DNA of 64,000 nt from Octopus sinensis (GCF_006345805.1 NC_042997.1:103168001-103232000); one strand, 5' to 3'. Shown: positions 39,365-54,374, counted from the stretch's first letter. Numbers and translations are program-made. The notes: generated by a model from the sequence alone, not told the origin.

Positions 39365-39760
39365 ATTATTATTTTCTCTCTAGTTTCAGCTCGAACTGCG
39401 GCCATGCTGATGCACCGCCGTTTTGTTACACTGTTATTACTAAGAGCCTCCTCTAATATGTGGCACTTGCTGAAGAATGGAGTTTGATATAGCTACTCTC
39501 ATTTGCACCTCTTGCTGTGAGGCAGGTTCATCTGGGACTCTCGACAGGAAGAGGTCCAGCTTTGATTTAAAAAAACCCTACTTTGTGCAAGTTCCTCAGA
39601 CTCTTTGGGAGAATATTAAAAAGCTGTGGGCCCTTGAAACCCAGGCTGTTGCAGTAACTGGTCCTGAAGCGTGATGGCATTGATGGGACCCTTGGCACTA
39701 TGCAGTGTCGTCCCGTTCTGGCATTGGTGTATCTTTCAATGCCAAAATTTGACACAAATT
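39365..39760 (-). mobile_element. 3' end of CR1-group LINE
   Basis: NARTGRHCIVPRV...NSLGFKGPQLFNILPKSLRNL, then LDLFLSRVPDEP. 3' UTR GGCGGTGCATCAGCATGGCCGCAG..CTGAAACTAG followed by (AAT)n. Confidence 0.75.
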
Positions 39761-39921
39761 AAAATATAATTTTGCTTATGGATAAACGTATAAACAATAG
39801 AGTGTAAATGTCAAGTTTAAAAATCAGTTGCATAGAAACAGTCGATGGCTGCCCGTGACACTTGACCCCATATGATAAAATAAATACAAACAATATTTTG
39901 GTGTTCTAATTGAACAATATA

Positions 39922-40238
39922 ATTGGCACTCCGTCGGTTACGATGACAGGTGTTCCAGTTGATCCGATCAAAAGAACAGCCTGCTAGTGAAATTAACGTG
40001 GAAGTGTATAAGCACTCTACTGACACGCGTAATTTTTAACGTCGTTCTCAGAGAGATTCAACGTGACACAGACTGTTATAAGGCTGGTCCTTTGAAAAAC
40101 AGGTATTATTCATTTTCGCCAGCTGAGTGGACTAGAGAAACATGAAATAACGTGCCTTGTTCAAGCACACAACGCACCACCAGGAATCAAACACGACTTT
40201 ACGATCGTGAACCGAATACCAGTAACCACTAAGCCATG
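39922..40238 (-). mobile_element. SINE family C (tRNA head, CTTGAACAAGGCAC box)
   Basis: Reverse complement starts TGGCTTAGTGGTTACTGGTATTCGG...GATTCCTGG (A and B boxes) and ends CGTAACCGACGGAGTGCC. A fragment of the same body lies at 32560-32640. Confidence 0.7.
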
Positions 40239-40361
40239 ACCCTTAATTGAAGAATATAAAACCCTAGTAAATACCAAATTTTAAACAAATTTGCTTCTGC
40301 TACAAAGTCGGGTCATAGTTTTTTATATATTTCATTTTAAAAGTCACTATAATGTATGTTT

Positions 40362-40770
40362 AAGGTCGTGAACAGGTAGAATCGTTAGCAAGCTGGGCAA
40401 AATGCTTAGTGGTATTTCGTCTGCCGTTACGTTCTGAGTTCAAATTCTGCCGAGGGCGACTTCACCTTTCATCATTTCGGGGTCGATAAATAAAGTACCA
40501 GTTACACACTGGGGTCGATGTAATGGACTTAATCCCTTTGTCTGTCCTTGTTTGACCCCTCTCTGTTTAGCCCCTTGAGGGCAATAAAGAAATAGGTATT
40601 TCGTCCGTCTTTACGTTCTGAGTTCAGTTAGCACCAAGGTTGATTTTGCCATTCACTCACTCGAGGTCGATAAAATAGACAATTCCTTAAAATAAGTAGC
40701 AATTTGATCACTGGAGTCTATGTGAGTGACTTCATCCCTCGAAATTGGTGGCTATGTACTAAATTTTAAA
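40362..40770 (+). mobile_element. SINE family B dimer
   Basis: Head plus unit with the L1-type tail, then a headless unit with the second tail type. Same organisation as 9136-9720. Confidence 0.85.
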
Positions 40771-40795
40771 TCATTATAATGTGCATGTGTGCGAT

Positions 40796-40863
<68 letters not shown>

Positions 40864-40948
40864 AATATATTTATATATATTGAAAAAGAAGAGGAGAGAA
40901 ATATAGTACGCTATAACATTAATGCAAAACAGGAATATTTTTGTTTCT

Positions 40949-41181
40949 TATTTCTTTATTGCCCACAAGGGGCTAAACATAGAGGGGACAAACAAGGACA
41001 CACAAAGGGATTAAGTCGATTACATCGACCCCAGTGCATAACTGGTACTTAATTTATCGACCCCGAAAGGATGAAAGGCAAAGTCGACCTCGGCAGAATT
41101 TGAACTCAGAACGTAGCGGCAGACGAAATGCCACTAAGCATTTCACCCTGCGTGCTAACGTATCTGCCAGTTCGCCACCTT
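40949..41181 (-). mobile_element. SINE family B monomer with 22-bp TSD
   Basis: AAACAGGAATATTTTTGTTTCT at 40927-40948 and 41182-41203. Confidence 0.92.
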
Positions 41182-41214
41182 AAACAGGAATATTTTTGTT
41201 TCTGTGAGAAATTA

Positions 41215-43390
<2,176 letters not shown>

Positions 43391-43394
43391 GTCC

Positions 43395-43900
43395 CAGATT
43401 TTTTCAATCTCCTCTTCCTTTACATCTTTAGAAAACAGCTCACATCTATACCCCACGTATTTCCTTCTCTTTCACTTTACACTCTCGCTTGCTCCCACTT
43501 CCTCCCTTCGACACTAACATTGCACACTATACGGTTGCACATACACCCTCAAACACGCAGCTCTATTATCAAACGCCTCTACACACATATATCCAAAACC
43601 ATATGCACAGCTCTGGCTTATACCTGTCTCAATACACGGCTACAATCTCATAAGCGAACAACCCGTTCTTCATCAATTTTTAACTCCCGCCATAAAACCG
43701 GATTTCCAACTGGCCTCTAAACCACTCGGCTTTTCGTATTTATTTTCGTATACACTGTTCCTTCTCTTTACGTTTATATTTTTCTCCTGAAGAAGGACTT
43801 GCATCCGAAACGTCAAGATCATTTCCCTTGTTTTTCAGGGTTAAGCTGATACAAAACATGTCAGAACTTTTCCTTCCTCTTTTTTATTACTTGCTTTATG
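43395..43900 (+). mobile_element. PLE-like 3'/terminal-repeat fragment
   Basis: Pyrimidine/CA-rich tract ending in a hammerhead-like motif, embedded between microsatellites. The same layout occurs at 54375-54610 and 58560-58790. Confidence 0.45.
43783..43818 (+). ncRNA. Minimal type-I hammerhead ribozyme motif (canonical core)
   Basis: TCTC-CTGAAGA-A-GGA(CTTGCA)TCC-GAAA-CG-TC-AAGA: CUGANGA core, stem II, GAAA, palindromic ACGU stem III, GUC site. Stem I has 3 bp plus a C.A mismatch. Confidence 0.55.
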
Positions 43901-43966
43901 TGCATTGCTTTGAACATTATACATACATACATACATACATGTATACATACACACACACACACACAT

Positions 43967-44003
<37 letters not shown>

Positions 44004-44625
44004 AATGTGTGCGTGTGTGCGTCTGAGTGTGTGCTTGTATGTGTGTGAGTGTGTATATATGTATATATTTGTCTGTGTATTTAGTTCATTAGATACATGA
44101 CTATTTTCAAATTATATCTTTTTTGATGTAGGTCTTAATTTCATTTGGTTTGGAACAACGGAGTTCCCAAATTCACATCCGACATTTAAAGCCATTCACA
44201 TTCTCATTTTCAGGAACTGAATTGAATATATTTGGCGTTTGTGTCATGTCATGTATGATGACTGATTAAAAGCGGGTAGCTACCAGAATCTATAGCACCC
44301 CGAGTAAAATGCTTCGCGGCTTTTCGTACGTCTTTATGTTCAGAGTTTCAATTCTTTGTCTTTCAACCTTTCAAGGTCGTAAAAATATGTACCACTTAAA
44401 CACTGGGGGCGATAGAATCGAATTCTCCTTCCCTTGTGCTTCCTGGTCTTGTACCAAAATTTGAAACCTATATAGTGACTGAATTCATGTAGACTGTTAA
44501 AAGCATTTTGTCTATTTGTATCATGTATCCGCAGCCACATGTTGATCTATGCCGTATTCAAATTTTGATCCTCAGGTTTTACATATTTTATGTAAGTAGT
44601 AAAGAGTTATTTTTTTTTATATATA

Positions 44626-45030
44626 TAGGTGCAGGAGTGGCTGTGTGGTAAGTAGCTTGCTTACCAACCACATGGTTCCGGGTTCAGTCCCACTGCGTGG
44701 CATCTTGGGCAAGTGTCTTCTGCTATAGCCTCGGGCCGACCAATGACTTGTGAGTGGATTTGGTAGACGGAAATTGAAAGAAGCCTGTCGTATATATGTA
44801 TAATATATATGTGTATGTGTGTGTATATGTTTGTGTGTCTGTGTTTGTCCCCCTAGCATTGCTTGACAACCGATGCTGGTGTGTTTACGTCCCCGTCAGT
44901 TAGCGGTTCGGCAAAAAAGACCGATAGAATAAGTACTAGGCTTACAAAGAATAAGTCCCGGGGTCGATTTGCTCGACTAAAGGCGGTGCTCCAGTATGGC
45001 CACAGTCAAATGACTGAAACAAGTAAAAAA
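44626..45030 (+). mobile_element. SINE family A, full length
   Basis: Head, box, internal microsatellite and tail as in the other copies. Confidence 0.92.
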
Positions 45031-45365
45031 AAATATATATATGTTTGTGTTAATTTAGCATTGTATTGCGATAAGAGTCGGGTATCCATTCAATACTATA
45101 TTAAGTGCGTATTTTCCGCTTGTATTTCCCTATCAAATTTTATTTCGTGTATGTGTGTAATGCATCATGTTGCAATTTGTGAGCTTATGTGGGAGTGTTA
45201 TACTAGTCTATCCAATGTAAGAACTTGTAACTTGAAGTTTATATCCTTTAGTTTTACTCATTTATGCTTTATGTAGGTCGATAAAAATTCGTTCTCGGGC
45301 TCACATAGTTGTAGTGTGTTAAAAAATAAACCCAAAGCAAAAGCCCCATAATCAATATAGCATAA

Positions 45366-45411
<46 letters not shown>

Positions 45412-45607
45412 GGCGGAAATCCTTATATTGCTAACTACGAATAACCACATGCTCATTGGATTTTTATCTCTGGATATGGACCGGCAATAGTTTTTCACTT
45501 TGTCCAACAATCAGTTTCAAACGACCAAGCGGTCACACATAAATAGTATTCGATATACACGGACACACGCACACATACACGTATACAAACACACACGAAT
45601 ATATATA

Positions 45608-45644
<37 letters not shown>

Positions 45645-45679
45645 GTATGAATGTGTCTATATATGTATGTGTATGTATG

Positions 45680-45815
45680 TATGTCATTATTCAGTTTATT
45701 TCAAGATTTCATTATAAAGTGTCCTAGCTACAACATCATGTATGTAGAACCGGTTTCTAACCTAGATCCAAAGCTCTTTCATTGGAATTTCAACATCAAC
45801 ATCAGGGTATTTTTG
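45680..45815. repeat. Short dispersed repeat embedded in (GTAT)n
   Basis: TCATTATTCAGTTT..TTTCAAGATTTC...GGTTTCTAACCTAGATCCAA.GCTC.TTCATTGGAATTTCA...CAGGGTATTTTTG also occurs at 26341-26455 and 26827-26935. Possibly a PLE terminus. Confidence 0.7.
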
Positions 45816-46707
45816 TATGTATGTATGTATGTATGTATGTATGTATGTATGTATGTATGTATGTATGTATGTATGTATGTATGTATGTATGTATTGTGCA
45901 AATTTCAGGTACGAAAAACTGAGAAAGATTAGAATTTATGTCTCTATAACCTAATAATAATAATGACATGTAATTTTACGTGAAGGTTTATTTTTTTAGA
46001 AGTAAGAACAGTCTCAACTGTTTCTTTGGATCTCTTTTTTCGTATTTTCATAGTCATTCATCCGTCCATCATCCTACCACTTACATATCGAACCGTCCAC
46101 CCATTCATACATAAATGCATATTAATGTGTGTGTATGTGTATGTGTGCTTGTGTCAGTGAATGTGTGTCTGTGTATATGTATGAGCTTTTTTTTTTTTTT
46201 CAAAAGTTTAAGAGGCACATAATTCGTGCAAGTGGTCAACCTGCTCGTTCAATTAGTGTGAGAGTTATCTAAGTATTCCACGAACGCGTGTACCGTTGAT
46301 GAGTGCAGATTTCATTCTTGATAGTATAGTTTACAGTATGCAAAAAGGACTCGAGTATTTGTGCTTATAGTAAGCACAAACAAATGAGCTAAAATGCAAA
46401 TATTTCTTTAGGTTATCACTTTCCATGGCAGCACACCAGCTGTGTAGAGAGGACGGCAATTCAAAGGACTTAACCATATAGGTATGTGTATGTGTGCGAG
46501 TATGTGTGTGCACGCGCGCGTATATGCAAATGTAGAAGAGTAGTTGAAAATATGGATTCACAGAATCATAGTTTTCACAGTAAACTCGCTATCGGAATCA
46601 GCTGTGAATTTACATAGTAATCAATCATTGTGTATAGTAATGTAATATGGGAATCACACTGAAAAGCCATATTTAGAAAATCCGAACAATACATTTTTTC
46701 ACTGGAG

Positions 46708-46773
<66 letters not shown>

Positions 46774-46916
46774 ATCCAAACAAGAAAACAAAAGCAAAAA
46801 ACAACAACGCAAGGACGCGGAGCAAATAAAGTATTATTGGACGCTCAGGAAAGAAGGATTGCATATACATACATGGTATATATAAATATATATATATGTA
46901 TGTATGTATGTATGTA

Positions 46917-46958
<42 letters not shown>

Positions 46959-47529
46959 CATGTATGTATGTATGTATATATATGTATGTATGTATATATA
47001 TGTATGTATATATACATGTATGTATGTATATATATGTATATATATGTATCTATGTATCTATCTGTGTGTGTATATATATATATTATTATATATAATATAT
47101 ATAAAATATAAATTAGAGATAAAACCACTATTATGCAAATATGTAAGTTTGGAGTTATACTCCCTAATATTATATATATGTGTGTGTGTGTCTACATATA
47201 TATATGATTAAAAATATATGCGAAACGAGTGAACAAATAATGCCTTGTGGAATCGGCTCCAAATGAGTAGGAGAGATGGTCCCATGAATCAAAACATCTG
47301 TTGAACTGGCTGACATTAAGGAAAAAAAATGTCTGTTTGAAAAAGAAACAGGACAGCTATGTAGATGTATTTCTGGATCGCAGCATCATCCGTACAACAC
47401 TTGTTTTACTTTGACATTAGCAGATGAAATGCACAGACTTTTTATCTAGTCAGTAAAATGAAAATGCGCAAGGAAGATGATTAAAATAATATCAAATGGC
47501 ATGCAAGATGGGTTCTTCGATTTCGATGC

Positions 47530-47895
47530 AATTAGTTAGTTAGTTAGTTAGTTAGTTAATTTGGCTCAAAAGCAAATAACAAGGCCATGTAGGGGGACAT
47601 GGAGTTAAGTACAGGGTGGTGTTCATGTAAAGAGTTCAGGCCACTTGAGGTCCAGGGAGGCTTTGAACAAAGCGGTCGTCTGCATCTTCACCATCTCGTC
47701 TGGCAGCTTGTTCCACGGATCCGCAACCCGGACCGAGAAAGCTCCTCTCCTTCGATTGAGATGAAATCGTCGCAGGTAGAGCTTTTCGGAATGACTCCGC
47801 AGCCGACGCTCCGGAGCAGGAGTGAAGAACAGCTCTTTCGAGAGGTTACACTTCCCGCTTATGATGTTGTGGGCGAGAATGAGAATTACCACTAG
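47530..47895 (-). mobile_element. 3' end of CR1 LINE with (CTAA)n tail
   Basis: RRLRSHSEKLYLRRFHLNRRRGAFSVRVADPWNKLPDEMV...LFKASLD. Short tandem-repeat tail typical of CR1. Confidence 0.85.
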
Positions 47896-48189
47896 GCATT
47901 TGCGTAATATTTTCTGGAAAGGCCTAGAATTAAATTTGTATTGTATTTGATATGACTTTAACCACCATAATAATATATACGCATACATAATTACACACAC
48001 ACATACACACACGCACGCATGCAAGCACGCGCGCGCGTGAGTGCATAGAAAAACATGCACACACATTATAAGTTCGTTGATATGTATAAATCTATGTATG
48101 TGTATCTTTGTGTTTGCGTTGCGTTTGGGCGTTTGGTCACCCTCATCGCTTGACAATCAGTGTTGACTTATTTATAATATTATTATAAT

Positions 48190-48390
48190 ATTGCAGCGTG
48201 GAAGGTGTTTATAAGCCATTTAAGAAACACACAAAAACCGTTAGATTCATTTCAACATTTAAATTTAATTTGTCAAAATATTTTCGTCGCTTTGAGACCG
48301 CGACCTGTTCACTGACAAAATTCCGAGCTGCACGGATCTCAGCACACGATCTCAGATCAGGTCACTTGCTATGCAAGTACATCTCCGCAA
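48190..48390 (-). mobile_element. Solo PLE-like terminal fragment inserted in a SINE A tail
   Basis: Interrupts a SINE-A tail (48095-48545), is bounded by inverted ATTATAATATTGC/GCAATATTATAAT, and carries a hammerhead motif. Confidence 0.55.
48269..48319 (-). ncRNA. Minimal hammerhead ribozyme motif with G3:C8 swapped core
   Basis: Minus strand TTTGTCA-GTGAACA-G-GTCGC(GGTCTCAAA)GCGAC-GAAA-ATAT-TT-TGACAAA: 7-bp stem I, 5-bp stem II, palindromic AATATT stem III. Confidence 0.6.
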
Positions 48391-49062
48391 TATTATAATA
48401 TTATTCTCGTAATATTAGCGGTTCGCCAAAAGAGACCGATAAAATAAGTGCCAGAATTTTAAAACAAAACAAAAGGTACTGGGGTAGTTTTATTCGACTA
48501 AACCCTTCAAATTGGAGATCTACCATAGCCGTAGTCGAATAAATTATAAACGAAAGGCTAGGAAAGTTATTTCACACTCTTGTGCAACAAATAAAAACTT
48601 CTAATGACCCATTATGCAAAAGGAGTTTCTCTCTTGTAATTTAAGTGGAATTCAATGTTTGAATTTAGCTGAATTTGAAATACTAAAAATCTCTAAGCGG
48701 ATGTAAAAACTACATTGAATACTCAGCAAAGAGGAAACTGTATACAGTATAAACGTAGGAATATAGTCATCTGGTGAGTCGGCAAGCACACCGCACCTAA
48801 AGAAAATGTGTCAGTTAAAATGTATGAAGTGTCTAAAAGGATTTTGGATAACAAAGCGGAATCTTTCCAATCTTTCGTAATCTTTCATGAAACGTCATTC
48901 TTCAAAACTTTGTTTATAAGAGCCCATTTCATTTACATTTGCTGTGCTAGATTACAAATATGCGGCGCACTCCTCAAAGAAAAAATAAACATTGATCTAG
49001 TTTTTGACTTGCCACAAAATTTAAGAGTTTCAGAAGTGGGAATTTTATGTGTTTATTATTGA

Positions 49063-49433
49063 CTAGCAGTATCGCCCGGCGTTGCTCAGGTTTGTAAGGG
49101 AAATAACTATAAAGCATTTTTAGAGAGTTATAACCAAAAAATGGAAAAAAATGATGGTAAATTTTTTTTTAGTTAAAAAAGGTGGAGTTGCGTCCCCTAG
49201 ACAGTCTGTGGTTTGTGTTTCTGATTCTCGACCCCATGTCGAATTTATCGATTTCTTTCAGAACTGGGGGAACTTTTCAAACTTTTCGCTGCGTTAGTTT
49301 TGAATTATGACATTGGGCTATGTGTGTGTCAAGTTTCATCAGAATCGGTTGAAAGCCGTGGTCAGGGTGAGGGTACAAGCAAACAGACACACAGAAACAC
49401 GCACAGACAAACTGCCGTTTATATAGAGAGAGA
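49063..49433 (-). mobile_element. Complete 371-bp non-autonomous Helitron
   Basis: Minus strand A|TCTCTCTCTATATAAACGGCAG... to ...CCTGAGCAACGCCGGGCGATACTGCTAG|T: 5' TC, subterminal hairpin, 3' CTAG, A|T target. Confidence 0.85.
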
Positions 49434-49528
49434 TATCGATACACATCGACGAAAGATATATACACCCACATACGTACGTACACATACATACATACACATA
49501 CATACATATGTACACACACACACATACA

Positions 49529-49566
<38 letters not shown>

Positions 49567-50082
49567 AGCGTGGCTGTGTGGTAAGCAGCTTGCTTCCAAA
49601 CCATATGCTTCCGGGTTCAGTTCTACTGCGTGGGACTTTGGGCAAGTCTCTTCCACGGAGCGACCAAACCCCTGTTGTGATTGTGCCTAGTAGATGGAAA
49701 ATGAAGGAAGCTGATGGTTGTGTGTGTAAATATGTACACATACAAACACACATCCCCACACGCACGCACACATTCTTGTCTAACCGCTAAGTTACTGGGA
49801 CGTGAACTCGCCAACACCGGTTTCTGCCGGTAGTGGAGAGAAAATCACACACACACACACACACCACACATCTATGTGTGTTTGTATGTGTATCATTGTG
49901 TCTGTGTCCCTCCACCACCTCTTGACAACCGGTATTGGTTGTGTTTACGTACCAGTAACTTAGCGGTTCGGAAAAAGTGGCCGATAGAATAAGTACCAGG
50001 ATTGCAAAAATAAGTATTAGGGTCACGTCGTTCGACTAAGAGGAACTATTTAAGGCAGAATCATTTAAGACAGATAGATATG

Positions 50083-50184
<102 letters not shown>

Positions 50185-51066
50185 TGTTTCTTTATTAGCC
50201 ACACAGGGCTGCACACAGACAGGACAGGTTACAAAGTAGAGCTTTTCTTTTTGAGGGAGAAAAAAAAAGGTGGGTTAGGTTTTCGATCAAAAGGGACCGT
50301 AAAAGGGAAAGAAGAAAATAAAAAAATGGGGAGTGGAAACGATCAATAGGGATCGTGTATCACAGTGTCATGATGTAAAGTGTAAAGGAGGAAGCAGATA
50401 AGGTTTATCCGTGGGAAGAAAAGCCTACGGAAAATACCACGGTAACCTCGGTCAATGGTGTTACATGTTACCACATTTGTTTGCAAGTAGGTAACCCTCT
50501 GTTTTAAATTTTCCGGGTTCATAGGATTATGCTCAAGGTGGCTTCGTCATTCATACGTGCCATCCTTGCTACATTCACCCATCTTTTTCTGAAACATTCG
50601 CTAGACAGAACTTGCCTCTCTACTCTCACTTTCCTTTTCAAGTGATACTTGAAGAAGTTGATGAGAGATTGACCAGAGAGGAAAGTGTTTGTCTCCAATC
50701 CTTTCAGACGCGTCCACCAGATACATTCTTTCGCCATAGCCACAAGGATGATGAAAATAGCTCTTCCTTCCCGTTTGAAGGAAGGGGGCGTGATATTATT
50801 GACGATAGACTTGGCTGATAAACCGACTCGTCCCACACGTGACAGCGGTCGTTCGACATAAGCCCACAAGTCGGAGATTGTTGGTCCCTGCACGAGTGCG
50901 TGCAGCACGGTTTCATCGCTCCGATCGCATCTCGGGCAGGTCGGCCCCGTGTTTCTCGAGCCGTGTTTGTAGAGCTTATCCCGAACGGTAGCACTGCCAG
51001 GCCAGGGATCTCTGGAAGTTGTCCATGGGCCCTGGCCCGAAAGTCGTCCTGAAGAGGCGGGTCAGG
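50185..51066 (-). mobile_element. 5'-truncated L1/Tx1-clade LINE 3' end within a (GATA)n tract
   Basis: FQRSLAWQC, RDKLYKHG..TCPRC..ETVLHALVQ, AMAKECIWWTRLKG and KRWVNVARM. Tail GCCCTGTGTGGCTAATAAAGAAAC, with (TATC)n on both sides. Confidence 0.87.
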
Positions 51067-51719
51067 ATAGATAGATAGATAGATACATAGATAGATATTA
51101 GTTAGGCAGATAGACAGATAGTCAAACAGATAGACAGATAGATAGATACAAATACACACACAAACACCAACATATAGACACACACGTACACACACACACA
51201 CCAACATACACATACACACACATACACACCAACACACACCAACATACACATACACACACATACACACACACACATATATGCGTGTATATATATATATTAT
51301 ATACGACGGGCTTCTTCCAGTTTCCGTCTATCAAATTCACTCACAAGGCTTTGGTCGGCAAGTAGAAGACACTTGCCCAAGGTGCCACGCAGTGGGACTG
51401 AACCCGGATCAAGCTACGTACCACACAGCCACTCCTACGCCTATATATATATATTCATATCGTATGTATGTATGTATGTATGTATGTATGTATGTATGTA
51501 TGTATTATATATGTATATATATATATATATACATATGTGTGTGCCTGTATATGCCCCCCACCACTTCTTGATAACCGGTGTTGGTGTGTTTACGGTCTTG
51601 TAAAAAACGATAGAATAAGTATCAGGCTTTAAAAAAAAGAAATAAGAATTCTTCAAGTCAGTGCCTCGGCATTGCCGCTGTCTAATGCCCGAAACAAGTA
51701 AAAGATAATATATGTATCT

Positions 51720-51774
51720 CTCTCTATATATATATATAACTGAGAATGTGTGTGTGTGTGTGTGTGTGTGTGTG

Positions 51775-51807
<33 letters not shown>

Positions 51808-52070
51808 TATCACTTAAAGTCGAGAACCACATTTCCGCTTTTATTTGAATTTTACAAATGTCATGCTGTGTCATGGGCCCCCCAAATTTTTCAACTTCTT
51901 ACCTAATATGAGCCCAGAGAAATCTCTTATGTCTTACAGTATTTCAGTGTAATGCGTCAAAAGTGAAGCTGCAACATCTCTATTGTATTGTGAGCTAATA
52001 CTCTCACTTTTCATAGGTTTCACTATTAATACTTTCACTTTGTATATGTATATTACTTTCATTTCTATTA
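51720..52070 (+). mobile_element. Helitron 5' fragment related to 3010-3300
   Basis: TCTATATATATATATAACTGAGAATG(TG)n start and a shared AAAAGTGAA..CATCTCTATT..ACTTTCAC block, which is repeated at 53490-53610. No 3' hairpin/CTAG found. Confidence 0.5.
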
Positions 52071-52091
52071 GGTTCACTATGTATTTATATA

Positions 52092-52163
<72 letters not shown>

Positions 52164-52439
52164 TATGGTGGATTCTCTCGAAGACGATGAATGAGGGATC
52201 AGTAAAAAAACCTTCAACAATTCCTAAGCCTTGTGACACCGTATGTGTACCTTCAATCCAGCAGATGTCTTGCACACTTTCTCGCAAATGGTACACCTGC
52301 ATGTATTCGTTGGTTCAAAATGTCTTCTCGAGTGGACAGCTAACCCAGCTTTGTTTCGTGCTTTAAACCCACAGTGACACACAGTCATTGTTTGGTGGAT
52401 TTTGGTGATGATGCATTGCTTTCAAATTTGCACGAAATA

Positions 52440-52472
52440 CATATATACATATATATATATATGTATACACAT

Positions 52473-52507
<35 letters not shown>

Positions 52508-52515
52508 ACACATCT

Positions 52516-52553
<38 letters not shown>

Positions 52554-53070
52554 AAATTAAAAAAGGAAAATATGTATATATATATATATTATATATATAT
52601 ATATTATATATATATAATATATATAAGAAATTAAAAAAGGAAAATACGCACTTACATAGTTTCAATATAATTTTTAAAAATTATATTAAAACTATGTAAG
52701 TGAGTATTTTCTTTTTTAATTTCTTATATACATTACAACTCACCACGTGGAATAATCGAAATTATATATATATAGTAGTAATAACAGAAAAGAGGAATTT
52801 TGATTATTCCCACGTGGTGAGTTGTAATGTATATAAGAAATTTAAAAAGGAAAATACGCACTTACATAGTTTTAATATAATTTTTAAAAATTATATTAAA
52901 ACTATGTAAGTGCGTATTTTCCTTTTTTAATTTCGTATGTATATATATATATATATGTAAGATGTGTATACATATGATTTTGATTTTGATTTTTCCAGTT
53001 TCAGCTAATGAGCTGTGGCCATGCTGGGCCATATATATATATATATATATGTGTAAGATGTGTATACATA
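52440..53070. repeat. Nested quasi-palindrome
   Basis: Two roughly 110-bp spacerless palindromes (52620-52730 and 52830-52940) on either side of an inverted repeat (52731-52763/52797-52829). Outer inverted blocks TGTATACACATCTTACAT/ATGTAAGATGTGTATACA. Confidence 0.88.
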
Positions 53071-54374
53071 TATATATGTATATATATATATATGTATATA
53101 TATATGCATATATTTGTATATATATGTATATGTATGCATATATGTGTATATATATATGCATATATAATTTATATGTATATGTCTATAAATATGTGTGTAT
53201 GTGTATATATATATATATAAATATATGCATATATAATGTATATGTATATGTATATATATGTATATGTGCGTACGTATATGTATAGATATCTGTGTGTATA
53301 TGTATATATAGATGCATATATATATATGTATATGTATAGATATCTGTGTGTATATGTATATATAGATGCATATATATATGTATGTATATATATATTTATA
53401 TACGTATATGCGCAGGCATAGCTGGTTCCGGGTTCTGTCACACTACGTGGCACCTGGGCAAATGTTGTCTACTATAGCCTTCGACCGACCAAATCTATTT
53501 CAGTATTACACCATTGCAGTATTACGCTTCAAAAGTGAAATAACATCTCTATTTTAATGTGAGATAATAGTTTCACTTTTAATAGATTTCACTATTAATA
53601 CTTTCACACCGACCAGGCTATCAGATGCTGCTACACATCGCTGGTCACAATGCGCTTCAAATGACGCCACCCCGCTGGCTAAGCGAGCAGGCCAACAGAA
53701 GAAAGAGTGAGAGAAAGTTGTGGGGAAAGAGTACAGCAGGGATCGCCACCACCCTCTGCTGGAGCCGCGTGGAGTTTTATATACACGCATATACATCCAT
53801 ATACGCTTACACACACACATACAAACGCACACACAACTACACGCACATACATACACACACACATCAATGAACCCACACATACATCCCATACACACGGCAC
53901 ACAATTATACATACACGCACACACTTATACATACATATATATACACACACACGCACGTACAAGCACACACGCACACATACACTAAGTTAAGCACAGTTAC
54001 TCGCCACACACCCAAACTCTACGCATACACACACGAACACACACATACACACACACACACTACAAACAAAGCACACACACGATACATATACATACACGCA
54101 CACACACATACCTCTTTGCTTTGACCTGTGGCTGGACACAAAAAACACCACTCCTTATTCTTACTACTGGCCAGCTACTAGCCAGTTGTTCGCCCTACAC
54201 ACATAGACACACACGCACACACACACGTGTCATCATTGAACACATACACACACACGCGCACACGCAGACGTACGCGAACACACACATCCACACACATTCC
54301 CCCTCTCACTTTCCTTGTCTTTGACATACTACCTACTGTCTTTGAAAACTCTCCTTTCTTTAAAAAACATTATT

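Noticed and set aside
45745-45795. Hammerhead-like CCAATGA...GAAACCGGTT on the minus strand (also about 26375-26425 and 26860-26910)
   Set aside because: It has a stem II and a palindromic stem III, but the core has U4C plus G5A and I find no stem I adjacent to the core. Not called a ribozyme without covariation data.
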